A stretch of DNA of 63,222 bases, the filler included, from Octopus bimaculoides (Eukaryota), in the NCBI RefSeq assembly GCF_001194135.2. It is 5 parts of 5 records of this genome, joined end to end, with 100 filler letters (N's around TTAATTAATTAA, not from the genome) between each part and the next. Parts side by side here need not be neighbours in the genome. Positions count along the whole stretch, not along the records: positions 20,494 to 27,850 come from NW_026418763.1; positions 27,951 to 36,293 come from NC_068996.1; 3 more parts are not named here. The stretch is one strand, 5' to 3'. The translations under genes and the position numbers were made by a program. The notes below the pieces were generated by a model that saw only the letters and a list, made by a program, of their open reading frames with translations, searched no databases and was not told where the DNA came from. Shown here one piece after another: positions 23,401-36,008 of the stretch (positions are counted from its first letter, which is position 1; every line of letters starts with the position of its first letter).

Positions 23401-26400
23401 CGATAGTACGTACGTACGAACGAACAAACGAAATGAAGGAGCAAGCAAACGAACGTACGTGCGAACGAACTAACGAATGAACTTACGTACGTATGTACGT
23501 ACGAAGGAACGAACGCAAGTTCGACCGTAGGAACGTACGATCGTACGAGTGAAATAACGAACGAACGTACGTACGTACGCACGAACGAACGCTCGATCGA
23601 TCGAACGAACGTAGGAACGTACGTACGAAAGCACAAAAGAAACAACGAACCAACGTATATACGTACGAATGAACGTAAGTACGAACGAACGAACGTACTT
23701 TCGTACAAACGAAAGAACGAACGTACGTACGTACGTGCGAATGAACGAAAGATCCGACGAACGAACAAACGTACGTAAGAACGAACGATCGAACAAACAA
23801 AAGAAAGAACGATTGAAGGAACGAACGAATGTAAGTATGTACGTAGGTACGAACGAAAGAACGAACGAACGAACAAACGAACGTACGTACGAACGATCGA
23901 ACGAACGTACGGACGCCAGAATAAACGAACGATAGCATCTACGTACCTCCATACGTACGAACGAAAGAATGAACGTATGTACGAACGTACGATAGTACGT
24001 ACCAACGAAATGAAGGAGCAAGCGAACGTACGAACGAACTAAAGTATGAACTTACGTATGTGCGTCCGAACGAACAAAATATCGTACGCACGTAACTACA
24101 TATTTACGATCGAACGAGCGAACGAACGAACGCAAGAGCGACCGTAGGATCGTACGTTCGTTCGTTATTTCATTCAGACGGACGAACGAACGTATGTACG
24201 TACGTAAGAACGAACGAACGATCGAAACAAAAGAACATAGGAACGTACGAACCTACGAACGTACGAACTAACAAACGAACGGACGTACGTACGAATGCAG
24301 AAAAGAACAAACGAACGATCCAACGAACGAACGTACGCACGTATGTAATTACGTAAGTACAATCGAACCAACGCATATACGTATGTTCGAACGAACGTAC
24401 TTTCGTACGAACGTACTTTCGTACGAACGTACTTTCCTACGAACGAAAGAACGAGGAAACGAACGTACGTAAGTACGAACGAACGTACGTACGTGCGTAG
24501 GGACGGACGAAAGAAAAAACGAACGAAAGCATCTACGTAACTCCGTACGTACGAACGAGCGAATGAACGTATGTACGAACGAACGATAGTACGTACCAAT
24601 GAAATGAAGGAGCAAGCGAACGTAAGAACGAACGTACGAACGAACTAAAGAATGAGCTTCCGTATGTACGTCCGAACGAACAAAATATCGTACGTACATA
24701 ATTATGTATTTACGATCGAACGAACGCAAGAGCTTGCGCTCGTGCTTACGTATGTACGTACGTTCGTTCGTTATTTCATTCGTACGAACGTACGTTCCTA
24801 CGGTCGCACTTGCGTTCGTTCGTTCGTTCGTAAATACGTATGAACGATATTTCGTTCCTTCGTACGTACATACGTACGTTCGTTTCCTCGTTTGTTCGTT
24901 CGTACCTACGTACATACTTACATTCGTTCTTTCTCTTGTTTGTTTGATCGTTCGTCCATTGGTCCGGTCGTACTTACGTACATTTGTTCGTTCTTTCGTT
25001 GGATCGTTCGTTCATACGTACGTACGTACGTATATACGTTGGTTCGTTTGTACGTTCATTCGCTCGTTCGTTCGTACGTAGATGCTTTGGTTCGTTTATT
25101 CTTTCGTCCGTCCGTACGTACGTAATTTCGTTCGTTCTTTCGTCAGTACGTACTTACGTACGTTCGTTTCCTCGTTTGTTCGTTCGTACCTACGTACATA
25201 CTTACATTCGTTCTTTCCTTCAATCGTTCTTTCTCTTGTTTGTTTGATCGTTCGTCCATTGGTCCGGTCGGACGTACGTACATTCGTTCGTTCTTTCGTT
25301 GGATCGTTCGTTCATTCGTACGTACGTACATATATACGTTGGTTCGTTTGTACGTACGTTCGTTGTATCGTTCGTTTGTGCATTCGTACGTACGTACGTA
25401 CGTTAGTTCATTCGTTTGTTCGTTCGTACGTACGTTCGTTCGTTCGTCCGTTAGTTATTTAATTCGTACGAACGTACGTTCCTGCAGTCGCACTTGCGTT
25501 CGTACGTACTTTTGTTTGTTCGTTCGATCGTAAATACGTAATTATGTACGTACGATATTTTGTTCGTTCGGACGTACATACGTAAGTTCATTCTTTAGTT
25601 CGTTCGTACGTTCGTTCTTACGTTCGCTTGCTCATTCATTTCGTTCGTACTTACTATCGTTCGTTCGTACATACGTTCATTCTCTCGTTCTTACGTACGG
25701 AGGTACGTAGATGCTTTCGTTTGTTTATTCTGGCGTCCGTCCGTACGTACGCTCGTTCTTTCGTACGTACGTTCGTTCGTTCGTTGGATCTTTCGTTCAT
25801 TCGTACGTACGCAGGTACGTTCGTTCGTTCGTACTTACGTATGTTCATTCGTACGTACATACGTACGTATATACGTTGGTTCGTTTGAACGTACGTTCGG
25901 TCGTTTGTTAGTTATTTAATTCGTACGAACGTACGTTCCTACGGTCGCACTTGTGTTCGTACGTACTTTCGTTTGTTCGTTCGATCGTAAATACGTAATT
26001 ACGTACGTTCGTTTCCTCGCTCTTTCGTTCGTACGAAAGTACGTTCGTACGAAAGTACGTTCGTACGAAAGTACGTTCGTTCGAACATACGTACGTACAT
26101 ACGTATATGCGTTGGTTCGATTGTACTTACGTAATTACATACGTGCGTACGTTCGTTCGTTGGATCGTTCGTTTGTTCTTTTCTGGATTCGTACGTACGT
26201 ACGTTCGTTTGTTAGTTCGTACGTTCCTACGTTCGTTTGTTTCGATCGTTCGTTCGTTCTTACGTACGTACGTACGTCGGTTCGTCCGTCCGCACGTACG
26301 TACCTTCGTTCGTTATTTCATTCGTTCGAACGTACGATCCTACGGTCGCTCTTGCGTTCGTTCGTTCGCTCGTTCGATCGTAAATACGTAATTACGTACG

Positions 26401-27850
26401 TACGATATTTTGTTCGTTCGGACGTACATACGTAAGTTCATTCTTTAGTTCGTTCGTACGTTCGCTTGCTCCTTCATTTCGTTGGTACGTACGATCGTTC
26501 GTTCGTACATACGTTCATTCTCTCGTTCGTACGTACGGAGGTACGTAGATGCTTTCGTTTGTTTATTATGGCGTCCGTCCGTACGTTCGTTCGATCGTTC
26601 GTACGTACCTTCGTTTGTTCGTTCGTTCGTTCTTTCGTTCGTACCTACGTACATACTTACATTCGTTCGTTCCTTCAATCGTTCTTTCTTTTGTTTGTTC
26701 GATCGTTCGTTCTTACGTACGTTAGTTCGTTCGTTGGATCTTTCGTTCATTCGTACGTACGTAGGTACGTTCGTTCTTTCGTTCGTACGAAGGTACGTTC
26801 GTTCGTTTGAACGTACGTTCGTTTGTTGGATCGTTCGTTTGTTCTTTTGTGCATTCGTACGTACGTTCCTACGTTCGTTCGATCGATCGTTCGTTTGTTC
26901 GTGCTTACGTACGTACGTTCGTTCGTTATTTCACTCGTACGAACGTACGTTCCTACGGTCGCAGTTGCGTTCGTTCGTTCGATCGTAAATATGTATATAC
27001 GATATTTCGTTCCTTCGTACGTACAAACGTACGTAAGTTCATTCGTTAGTTCGTTCGCACATACGTACGTTTGCTTGCTCTTTCATTTCGTTCGTTCGTT
27101 CGTACATACGTTCATTCGCTCGTTCGTTCATACGTAGATGCTTTCGTTCGTTAATTTTTTCGTCCGTCCGTCCGAACGTACGTACTTTCGTTCGTTCTTT
27201 CGTCAGTACGTACTTACGTACGTTCGTTTCTCGTTTGTTCGTTCGTACCTACGTACATACTTACATTCGTTCTTTCCTTCAATCGTTCTTTCCTTCAATC
27301 GTTCTTTCTTTTGTTTATTCGTTCGTTCGTTCTTCCGTACGTTCGTTCGTTCGTTGTATCTTTCGTACATTCGTACGTACATACGTACGTACATACGTAC
27401 GTATATACGTTGGTTCGTATGAACGTACGTTCGTTAGTTCTTTTGTGCATTCGTACGTACGTTCCTAATTTCGTTCGATCAACCGTGCGTTCGTTCGTGC
27501 TTACGTAAGTACGTACGTTCGTTCGTTATTTCTCTCGTACGAAGGTACGTTCCTACGGTCGCACTTGCGTCCGTTCGTTCGATCGTAAATACGTATGTAC
27601 GATATGTCGTTCCTTCGTACGTACATACGTAATTTCATTCATTAGTTCGTTCGCACGTACGTTCGTTTGCTTGCTCCTTCATTTCGTTCGTTCATTCGAA
27701 CGTACGTACTATCGTTCGTTTGTACATACGTTCATTCGCTCGTTCGTTCGTACGTAGATACTTTCGTTCGTTTATTTTTCGTCCGTCCTTCCGTCCGTAC
27801 GTACGCACTTTCGTTCGTTCTTTCGTCAGTACGTAATTACTTACGTTCGT
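20494..27850. repeat. CpG-rich complex satellite of TACG/TTCG/TCCG tetramers, ~600-bp higher-order unit, internal inversions
   Basis: The landmark GCTTGCT..TTCATTTCG recurs at 25626, 26464, 27073 and 27669. The strand switches from TTCG-rich to CGAA-rich near 22438 and back near 24734. An N-gap lies at 21328-22213. Confidence 0.92.
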
Positions 27851-27950
27851 NNNNNNNNNNNNNNNNNNNNNNNNNNNNNNNNNNNNNNNNNNNNTTAATT
27901 AATTAANNNNNNNNNNNNNNNNNNNNNNNNNNNNNNNNNNNNNNNNNNNN
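27851..27950. other. Artificial scaffold spacer
   Basis: N44-TTAATTAATTAA-N44. Confidence 0.95.
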
Positions 27951-28126
27951 CAAAAAGCACCCACTACACTTTCAGAGTGGTTGGCATTAGGAAGGGCATC
28001 CAGCTGTAGAAACTCTGCCAAATCAGACTGGAGCCTGGTGTTGCCATCCGGTTTCACCAGTCCTCAGTCAAATCGTCCAACCCATGCTAGCATGGAAAGC
28101 GGACGTTAAACGATGATGATGATGAT
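27951..28126 (+). mobile_element. RTE-type 3' end with (GAT)n tail
   Basis: ...CAGTCAAATCGTCCAACCCATGCTAGCATGGAAAGCGGACGTTAAAC(GAT)n, the same terminus that follows the RTE ORF at 33757-33858. Confidence 0.8.
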
Positions 28127-30384
28127 TTCAATGTTTTCATTTCAAGTTTTAATTCACTATTTGCAAAACCCACAATTTATTCTATAAACGTAATGAAAAA
28201 AATTATTTATTAAATGAATGAATGCTATTAGATAAAATAGCTGTATAACTTTGAGGCTTATGATATGAGGCACAATTTCAAGAATATCAGTTTCCAGAGT
28301 TTGTTAAATGAATATTTTTAATAAAATGAAAATCTTTTAATATACTGGTATAATTTTTAAAAAAAAAGAAAGAAATTATTTTGTGGTCACTGCTATTTCT
28401 AGCATGCTAAACATAGTTGGGTTTCCTTGAAGTTTGTTTAAAGTTTACAGCTACAATAAATTATTGAAAGAAATATTTACTCAGCAAGTGAGATTTTTTA
28501 TAAAGTGAAGTTTTCAGGAAAATTTACTTTCTAAAATTCCTTTTATTATTGACTATTTCAAGTTCACAAATGTAAATATTCAGAACAAGATAGTTTTAAT
28601 AGGTTTAACTCTCTGGAAAGTTTTATAGGTTTGACTCTGGAAAATTTTTCTAAATTCCTGTTAATATATATTGATAAAAATCCAGTTTCAAAGCATCTGT
28701 TATTATTTAATATCACACATTTAAATTCATTGCCAAGTTTTATGTTCACTGCAAAGTAGGTTTTAACATTTGATAAACAATATTATGTTCTGGCAAAATT
28801 TTTTGTTTTCATTTGCAACACAGTCTCTCACTCTCTCTCTCTCTCTCAACTCTAATTTTTTTCATTAATAATAATTTACTTCTATATTCATTGCAATTTT
28901 TTCATTTCAAGTTTTATTTCATTATTTCTAATGAGGAAATCAAGTATTTTGTTGACTTAAATTCACTGTATAAACGCCCTCAGTTTATTGCTTATACATA
29001 CTGGAAAAAAAAATTATATTGGACAACTTATTAAAACTTGCTGAAGCTTTGAACTCATGTGACTTATTTCCTTTCCATCGTTATCTAAGAATTATCAAGT
29101 GAATTTGTTTCTATGGCTATTAATGCTATAGGTATTAAAATTCTCTATGCAATTGTTACTGTTTTTTTGTTCCTTTTTTGCACACTAAACGTAGTTGGAC
29201 TATCTTAAAGTTTGTTTAAAAAAAGAGAGATTGTGACTGTGATAATGAAAGCGATATTTACTAAGCAAGTGAGCACTATTATACAAAGAAATAATTAGAG
29301 GTAAAATATAAAAATTATTAGAATTGGGAATCAAATGTGAAAATATTATGAAGTGGCTAGCAGAAAACCGCTCGGAGGGTGGTCTTTCTGTTAGTGTTTT
29401 TAATTTTGTTTTATTTTGTATATTTACTGAAGTTAACTGTGAATATCGTGTCGGCCATTTGTATGATTTGGAGTCATGTTTTGTTTTGCTGTGTATTGTA
29501 TTTGTGAATATTGATATTAATGGTAGAATGGTTTTGTTAGTGTGAATTTTGTTTTAGTAAGCTTAAAGGTTTTAAAACTTGTTTGCTTTATTGTGTGGAC
29601 CTTGTGCGTCTAACCATAAAAGGACATATTTACCTACTGAGGAGTTTAAGAATGCTTGATATTATAAACGGTATTTCACGGTTGAGTGGTTTTGAATTTT
29701 GTCTGTGTCAAGTATTAAGAGTTTAAAGGTTTTTATGGTGTGAGGAATTCCATGTGACTTACTGGACTTGTCTCTTAAAATAAAGATTTATATTTGTGTA
29801 TTTCAAGGGAGTTTTGAATTATAATTGTTTAAGTTTGTTTGCTTGTGTATTTATTATAGTCGAAACTTGTTTTTATCTTAGCTATTGATACATGATTCAT
29901 TATGCTTGGTTTCGTGTGTGTGCATGTGTTTTAGGCCAAGGCTTGTTTTTAATTTGTCTTCATGTATTTAAATGTGTGATCTGTCCTGTGTATAACTGAG
30001 GTAGCTATGTATAACTGGTGGATGCACATTGTGTGTGTGTGTGTGTGTGTGTGTGTTTTAGTTAAGGCTTGTTTTGATTTGTTTTTGTGTCAATATAAGT
30101 ATCATTTAATATGAATCTAATTTGGGTTGGTTGTTTGTGGTTTGATTTTTTTTTTTTTTTTTTGCATATGTACATGGGAGCTTTGATTGTTCTCTTATCC
30201 AGCTTGTAGTTCAGATCCCAAATAAATTCAATAAATTTATCTAGATACCATCAGCAGGATATGATTTCATTCTTCTTATTTAGTGGGTAGATGTTTTATA
30301 TGATTATGTGGTATTTCTTTGGGGTGCACAAGGGGTAGATTCTGGAATCATTTATATATGATGGTAAGCAGCTATTATTTCTTC

Positions 30385-32030
30385 ATCATCATCATCATCA
30401 TTGTTTAATGTCCACCCTCCATGAAGGCATGGGTTTCACAGTTTGACTGGAGCTGGCTGGGCAGAAGACTGTACCAGGCTTCAGTGTCTGTTTTGGCATG
30501 GTTTTTATGGTTGGAAACCCTTCCTAACACCAACCACCCTGCAGAGTGGACTAGATGCTTTTTATGTGGCACCAGCACTAGCAAGGTCACCAAGTAACTT
30601 GCAAGACAAAGATCCTTTGAGAGGGGAGGGGGCATTGGAAGAGGTGATCTTGTGTCAGATGATGAAAGTGTGTGACAGAGGGATAGAAACAGGTGTCCTG
30701 CTGTAGATGAGGTACAAGGTTACCTGGCTGGAGAGAGAGATTGATCAAGAATGAGGGCAGAAACAGATGTGTTGTTGTAAAGGAGATATATTGATTACCC
30801 AGCATGAGGGAAGAGCAGGAGAAGAAGAGAGAGTGGGAGACAGCTAGGGTTCAAGAGAGAGCAGGAGAGAGATGGTGGTGAAGTGCCAGGCATCCTTACA
30901 AGGGACGGGGATCAGAATATAAATGGGCTGGTTGAATAAATGCAGAGAGAGATATAGATAGTGGCAAGTGCCAGGGCATACCCTTGAGGCACAGAGATCA
31001 TAATATAAGTGACAGGGCATTGCCAAAGAAGTGTAATTAGAGAGTGGGGGTGGGGAATGCAGTGAGTGGTGAAAACCTGGGTATATAGAGTTGGGTGGGG
31101 GTTGGGGCTACTGGAGAGCAATGATACAGTGAACAGGCCGTGAGGACAGGATTGGGGAGTGAGAGGTAAACATAGTGCATGAAGGAGGAAGAGAAAAGAT
31201 GTAGTTTGGTTTGTTGGGGTAGGGTGTGTGAAACGTTTTCTTGTTACATGTGGGTGGAACACAGCACTTCTAGACTCAGTTTCACTGACATAGGTGGGTC
31301 TTCTCAAGAACCTCATATCGTCAGACATTTCAGTCCATTGTTATATCTTCTGTGAAGCCCAACATCCTGAGATTGATCCTCACCACTTCATCACGGCTTC
31401 CTGGTTCTCCCTCTTTCTCTGGTATCATCCACTTTCTATGATAAGCCCTTCTTTATACAGCTGTCTTCATTCATAAGCATCACATCTCCAAACCTACATA
31501 GTCTTCTCTCTTGTATGCTGCATTTGATTCCTCCTATGCCCAGCTTTTCTCTCAATACGTTTGCACTTTGTCGTACATGCAACGGAGCATACTACCTTCA
31601 TTCGTCTCCAGCCTACATATGTCCTCTGCAGTCAGAGCTCATGTCTCACTACCATGTAACATAGCCATTCATACACAAGCCTCATACAATCTGTCTTTCT
31701 TTCTGAAAGAGAGGCCTTTTGCTGCTAACAGAGGTAGTAGCTCTCTGAACTTCCTCCATCCTATTCTTATTCTAGAAACAATACTTTCAGAGCATCCTCC
31801 ACCATTGCTAATTTGGTCACCTAGGTAACAGAAACTATCTAAACCTCAAGAGAGCCTCCTGGGCATTTGAGAGAATCTGTGTTACATGTACTCTTAGTGC
31901 TTATTGTTCCTGCACATCTGTCACATACAAAGACAACTTTATTAATCTACCTGAGCTGTGTGTGTGTAATATGTTGTATCTGATGGCCCATAGAAGACAA
32001 GGACTTCAGTGAGCTGCCTGTTTTGCAAAA
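30385..32030 (-). mobile_element. 5'-truncated RTE-clade LINE (C-terminal ORF region, long 3'UTR, (GAT)n tail)
   Basis: The minus strand 31940-31560 translates FVCDRCAG...DSLKCPGGSLEV...FCYLGDQISNGGGCSESIVSRIRIGWRKFRELLPLLAAKGLSFRKKDRLYEACV*MAMLHGSET*, a typical RTE C-terminal region. A (CAT)n tract lies at 30385-30402. Confidence 0.85.
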
Positions 32031-32080
<50 letters not shown>

Positions 32081-32091
32081 GCATCATCATC

Positions 32092-32797
32092 ATGCTTTAT
32101 AAATTTTGCAAAGGCTACAATGCAACACATACAAAGGAAAAATTATGTCCCGTATATTCTGATGGTGTGTGTGTTTCGAAATGATAAAAGTGGTTTAACA
32201 AATTCAGTATTTAAAAATAGTGATTTTAATATTTTGGATGAGTATTGATCAGGGAGGATGAACTGTTCTTAATAATGACAAAATGAAAACAGTATTTGAA
32301 GAAAATTTGTGTCAAAATATTGGAAACTTATCTTGGAGGCTTAATAAATCTTGGTCCACTGTGCATGATAATCTCAAACAGATCAGGTAAGTGTATAAAG
32401 AAGGAATGTGGGCATCTCATAAGCTGTCCCCCAAGAATAAAGCAGTGCATTCAACAAGATACCCAAGAAAAGATAAATGCATTCAGCTGGGAAGCTCTAT
32501 CTCACCCTCCTTGCTCCTAATCTGACACCTTTAGATTTTTACTTATTTCTGTCACTTGAACACTTTAACAGTTGAAAAACATTTAGGAGCAGGGACAACA
32601 TTAAAACAGCATTCCAAACATTTTTCCTTTTAAAGATTCAGTTTTTGTCCGAGGAATCAGAAAACTGTTTTGAGGTGAGAAAATGTTATTGCTTATGTTG
32701 GCAATTATATTTTGAACAAATAAATATATTTACATGTTTTAATGCTGATTTGAACACATCGCATGAAATGTGACATTACTTTTTGGCACCCTTAATA
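32092..32797 (+). mobile_element. Internally deleted mariner transposon (Hsmar/Mos-type)
   Basis: Translation gives MLYKFCKGYNAT..., FKNSDFNILDEY*SGR, SWSTVHDNLKQI..., TQEKINAFSWEALSHPPCS (cf. WEVLPHPPYSPDLAP). The 3' TIR-like CATTACTTTTTGGCACCCTTAA is followed by TA (32796-32797). Confidence 0.8.
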
Positions 32798-32800
32798 GAT

Positions 32801-33858
32801 CTTTCAAATGCCCAAGAGGATTCCTAGAGGTGGTAGATAACTTCTGTTAGTTACTTAAGTGACCTAATTAGCAGTGTAGGAGGATGTTCTGAAAGTATAG
32901 TTGTTAAAATAAGAACAGGTTGGGGTAAGTTCAGGGAGTTTCTACCACTATTGGTAACAAAAGATTTCTCTCTCAGAAAGGCACACTTTATGATGTTTGT
33001 CTATGAATAACAGTGCTATATGGTAGTGATCCATGAGGTCTGAATGCAGAGAACATGCAAAGACTAGAAAGAAGTGAAGCAAGCAAGCAAGCTCAGCAGG
33101 ATGCGCATTATCCATAGTACAAAGGTACTGAGTGAAAAACTGAGCATAAGAAGTTTTAGGTGTGGTTTGCAAGAAAGAAGGTTGTATTTATATGAGCATT
33201 TGATGCATAGGAATAAGGGCAACTGTTCAAAGATGTGTTGATTACTAAGATGTGTTGATTACTTAGAGTATTTTAGATGAGGGGTTGACTTTATACCAGA
33301 TATTGAAAGGGGACAAATGTGATAGAGGGAGAAGTATAGGAGACGTGCTATGAAGGAGATGCTTGGCTACCCAACATTATATAAGGGCAGGTGAGAATAA
33401 TCAAGAAGATCAAGATGGTAATGGTGAGATGCCAGAGCAAACTTTCAAGGTACATGAAGGTGAGTATAAGAGAGATAGGTTATTGACAGTGTATCAGAAG
33501 GAGAGAGATGGGGTAGAGGTGAATGTGGTGAGTGATGGAAAGATCTTAATATAGTGTTGTAAACTGGTAGTCTCCAGAAGAAGCAGTAGGTAAGTCTGCC
33601 ATCGTCTGGTAGGCAGGTGAATGTTGAGAGAAAAAGGTGTTATGATTTATCCTTACAGCTGTTTCAAGAACAGTTCATAACTGATGCTGTTCTTTGCATG
33701 TTGCCTGCATCTAAATTTTTGTGACAACCTATTCCTCTTCAAGAAATATTGGATTGAAACTCAGGTGCAGCCATCTGGTTCACCAGTCTTCAGTCAAATC
33801 GTCCAACCCATGCTAGCATGGAAGGCGGACGTTAAACGATGATGATGATGATGATGAT
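32801..33858 (+). mobile_element. 5'-truncated RTE-clade LINE, inverted relative to 30385-32030
   Basis: LEVVDNFC..LSDLISSVGGCSESIVVKIRTGWGKFREFLPLLVTKDFSLRK...LYGSD. The (GAT)n-tailed terminus is at 33757-33858; the intervening 33560-33750 is not confidently assigned. Confidence 0.75.
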
Positions 33859-34682
33859 GAGTAAGGGCAGAATTATGGAAGTGAGCATAAACAAAATGAC
33901 ACAGATATATTAAGGTCTAAAACTAGATATCTAGATAAAAAGTTCTATGTGTTTATATAGGTAGGGGCTAAACATACTTAAGGAGATAATATGGGATGAT
34001 ATAGGTAGGGGCTAAATGTACTTAAGGGGAAGATATGAGACACAGAAGTGTAGTGGGGGAGGTTGGGTGTTATTAGTTCAGCGACCTGCCAGGATGTAGT
34101 GAAGTGTGATAGAGAACCTAAAGTTAATGAGGGGAAGTATGATATTTAAAGATAATGTGTATATTCAGAAGAGCTATCTGTTTGGTAGGTATAGATAAAT
34201 GGTCAGTGAAAGATAGGTTAAGCTAAGAAGAAGGAGGGAAAAGGAATATAAATAAAGCCGAGATAAAATAGCCTTCTAAATTTCCATTATCTTAGTCATA
34301 AGTATAGAAACTTGCTGAAAATGTTAAATTAATTGTTGTTTATAAAATATAAAATGAGGACATGAAATACATTTCAGAGATTTGCATTTGTTGATCGTAG
34401 ACAACTATAATTAATATACTTATAGTGTAAATGTAAAAGATAAAAATTAAATATATATTTAGTAATTACTTAGGATATCTACAAATGGAGCTGGAAAAGT
34501 AACAATGGAGTATAATCTAAAAAATTTTTAATTTGTGTATTTAATAAAGATATTGAGAAATGTAAGTGTGAATATGATGACACATGGCAGCATGGACAAC
34601 AGACACTAAGTGATGATGATGATGATGAGGTATAACTTGATGCAAGAAATTAAAATGGGATGTGGAGTAATGTAAGGAATTA

Positions 34683-34805
34683 AGGTTTGTGTGGATGGAT
34701 GGAGTGAGGAAAGCTTTGGTGGTTAGAAGTGTTGGAGTGAGAGAGGCAAGAGAGTTTATAAATGATAGGAAAGCTTGGAGAATTTTTGTGGATGGATGAG
34801 TGAAT
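34683..34805 (+). mobile_element. RTE-type LINE extreme C-terminal fragment (another family)
   Basis: ...DGVRKALVVRSVGVREAREFINDRKAWRIFVDG*, which fits the RTE terminal pattern W.D.V...L..RG.....A.....DR..WR..V. Confidence 0.55.
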
Positions 34806-34949
34806 TTTGATGTTGCTCAAAGGGTACAGAACCAGCATGATGTGGCAGGGGTAAACCAGCATATGCTGTTGGGCCCCGCTGCTGATATTGTGGGTTGCAT
34901 TCTATGCCTTGACCTGAGCATAGAATGAGACTCACTCCTTTGTGCTGAG

Positions 34950-35180
34950 AAATGAATGGAATGCCTGGTAAGCTAAATATCGAAAGTTAATGTTGGCACC
35001 AATATATATTTCAGTGGAGTTCATGAACAGTGCATTTATAAGCAACCTTGTATCTGCAGCAGTTATCTTTCAAGGGGCAATTATCAGGTATCTTACAGTC
35101 GCCTCTCTTCCTATCAGATGCACATCCACAATGATTATTAGTACTGTTGTTATTAAGATGTCTATCAGTAGTTAAATCAT
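34950..35180 (-). mobile_element. Penelope-like element GIY-YIG endonuclease N-terminal fragment
   Basis: HCGCASDRKRGDCKIPDNCPLKDNCCRYKVAYKCTV, then after a frameshift TEIYIGA. This fits the PLE C.C...CPL.G.C....V.Y.C.V...YIG pattern. Confidence 0.6.
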
Positions 35181-35234
35181 TCTTATTTTGATGCAAGTGA
35201 CATCCATTGCTAAATGTTTTCAATATATTCTTTT

Positions 35235-35435
35235 ATTCTTTTATTTGTTTCTGTCATTTGAAGCAGCTACATTAGAGCACTGCCTTTAGTCAAACAAATT
35301 GACACGGGACTTATTCTTTGTAAGCCTAGTGCTTATTCTATTGGTCTCTTTTGCCAAGCCACTAAGTTATGGGGATGTAAACACACCAGCATTGGTTATC
35401 AAGCAATGGTTGGGGAACAAACACAGACACACAAA
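35235..35435 (-). mobile_element. SINE family A, 3' half
   Basis: Matches 7171-7375. Confidence 0.8.
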
Positions 35436-35556
35436 CATATATATATATATATATATANNNNNNNNNNNNNNNNNNNNNNNNNNNNNNNNNNNNNNNNNNN
35501 NNNNNNNNNNNNNNNNNNNNNNNNNNNNNNNNNNNNNNNNNNNNNNTATATATATT

Positions 35557-35770
35557 ATCATCATCATCATCATCATCATCGTTTAACGTCCGCTTTCCAT
35601 GCTAGCATGGGTTGGACGATTTGACTGAGGACTGGTGAAACCAGATGGCTACACCAGGCTCCAATCTGATTTGGCAGAGTTTCTACAGCGGGATGCCCTT
35701 CCTAACGCCAATCACTCAGAGAGTGTAGTGGGTACTTTTACGTGTCACCCGCACGAAGGCCAGTCAGAAG
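35557..35770 (-). mobile_element. RTE-type 3' end with (GAT)n tail
   Basis: (CAT)n-CGTTTAACGTCCGCTTTCCATGCTAGCATGGGTTGGACGATTTGACTGAGG, the reverse complement of 27951-28126. Confidence 0.85.
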
Positions 35771-36008
35771 TATACCCAGCCAGTATATTACCTATGTTTA
35801 ACCATGGGTATACATATGTAAGAATATTATGCTCATAAATTATAGGTAAAGACAAGGATAAACATGAGTTTATTAAGAATCAAAATTTGGTAATAATATT
35901 ACCAAATATGATAAATATTTTAGCATATCAGTGGCAATACCATACAACATTGGAAACAGAAACAGCTGTTCGATGGGATGCAGTTTATTTGTATTGAACT
36001 AATAAATA

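Noticed and set aside
20494-27850. CRISPR-like or bacterial contaminant interpretation of the CpG-rich array
   Set aside because: There are no constant repeats with unique spacers and no cas-like ORFs; all intervening sequence is the same tetramer matrix.
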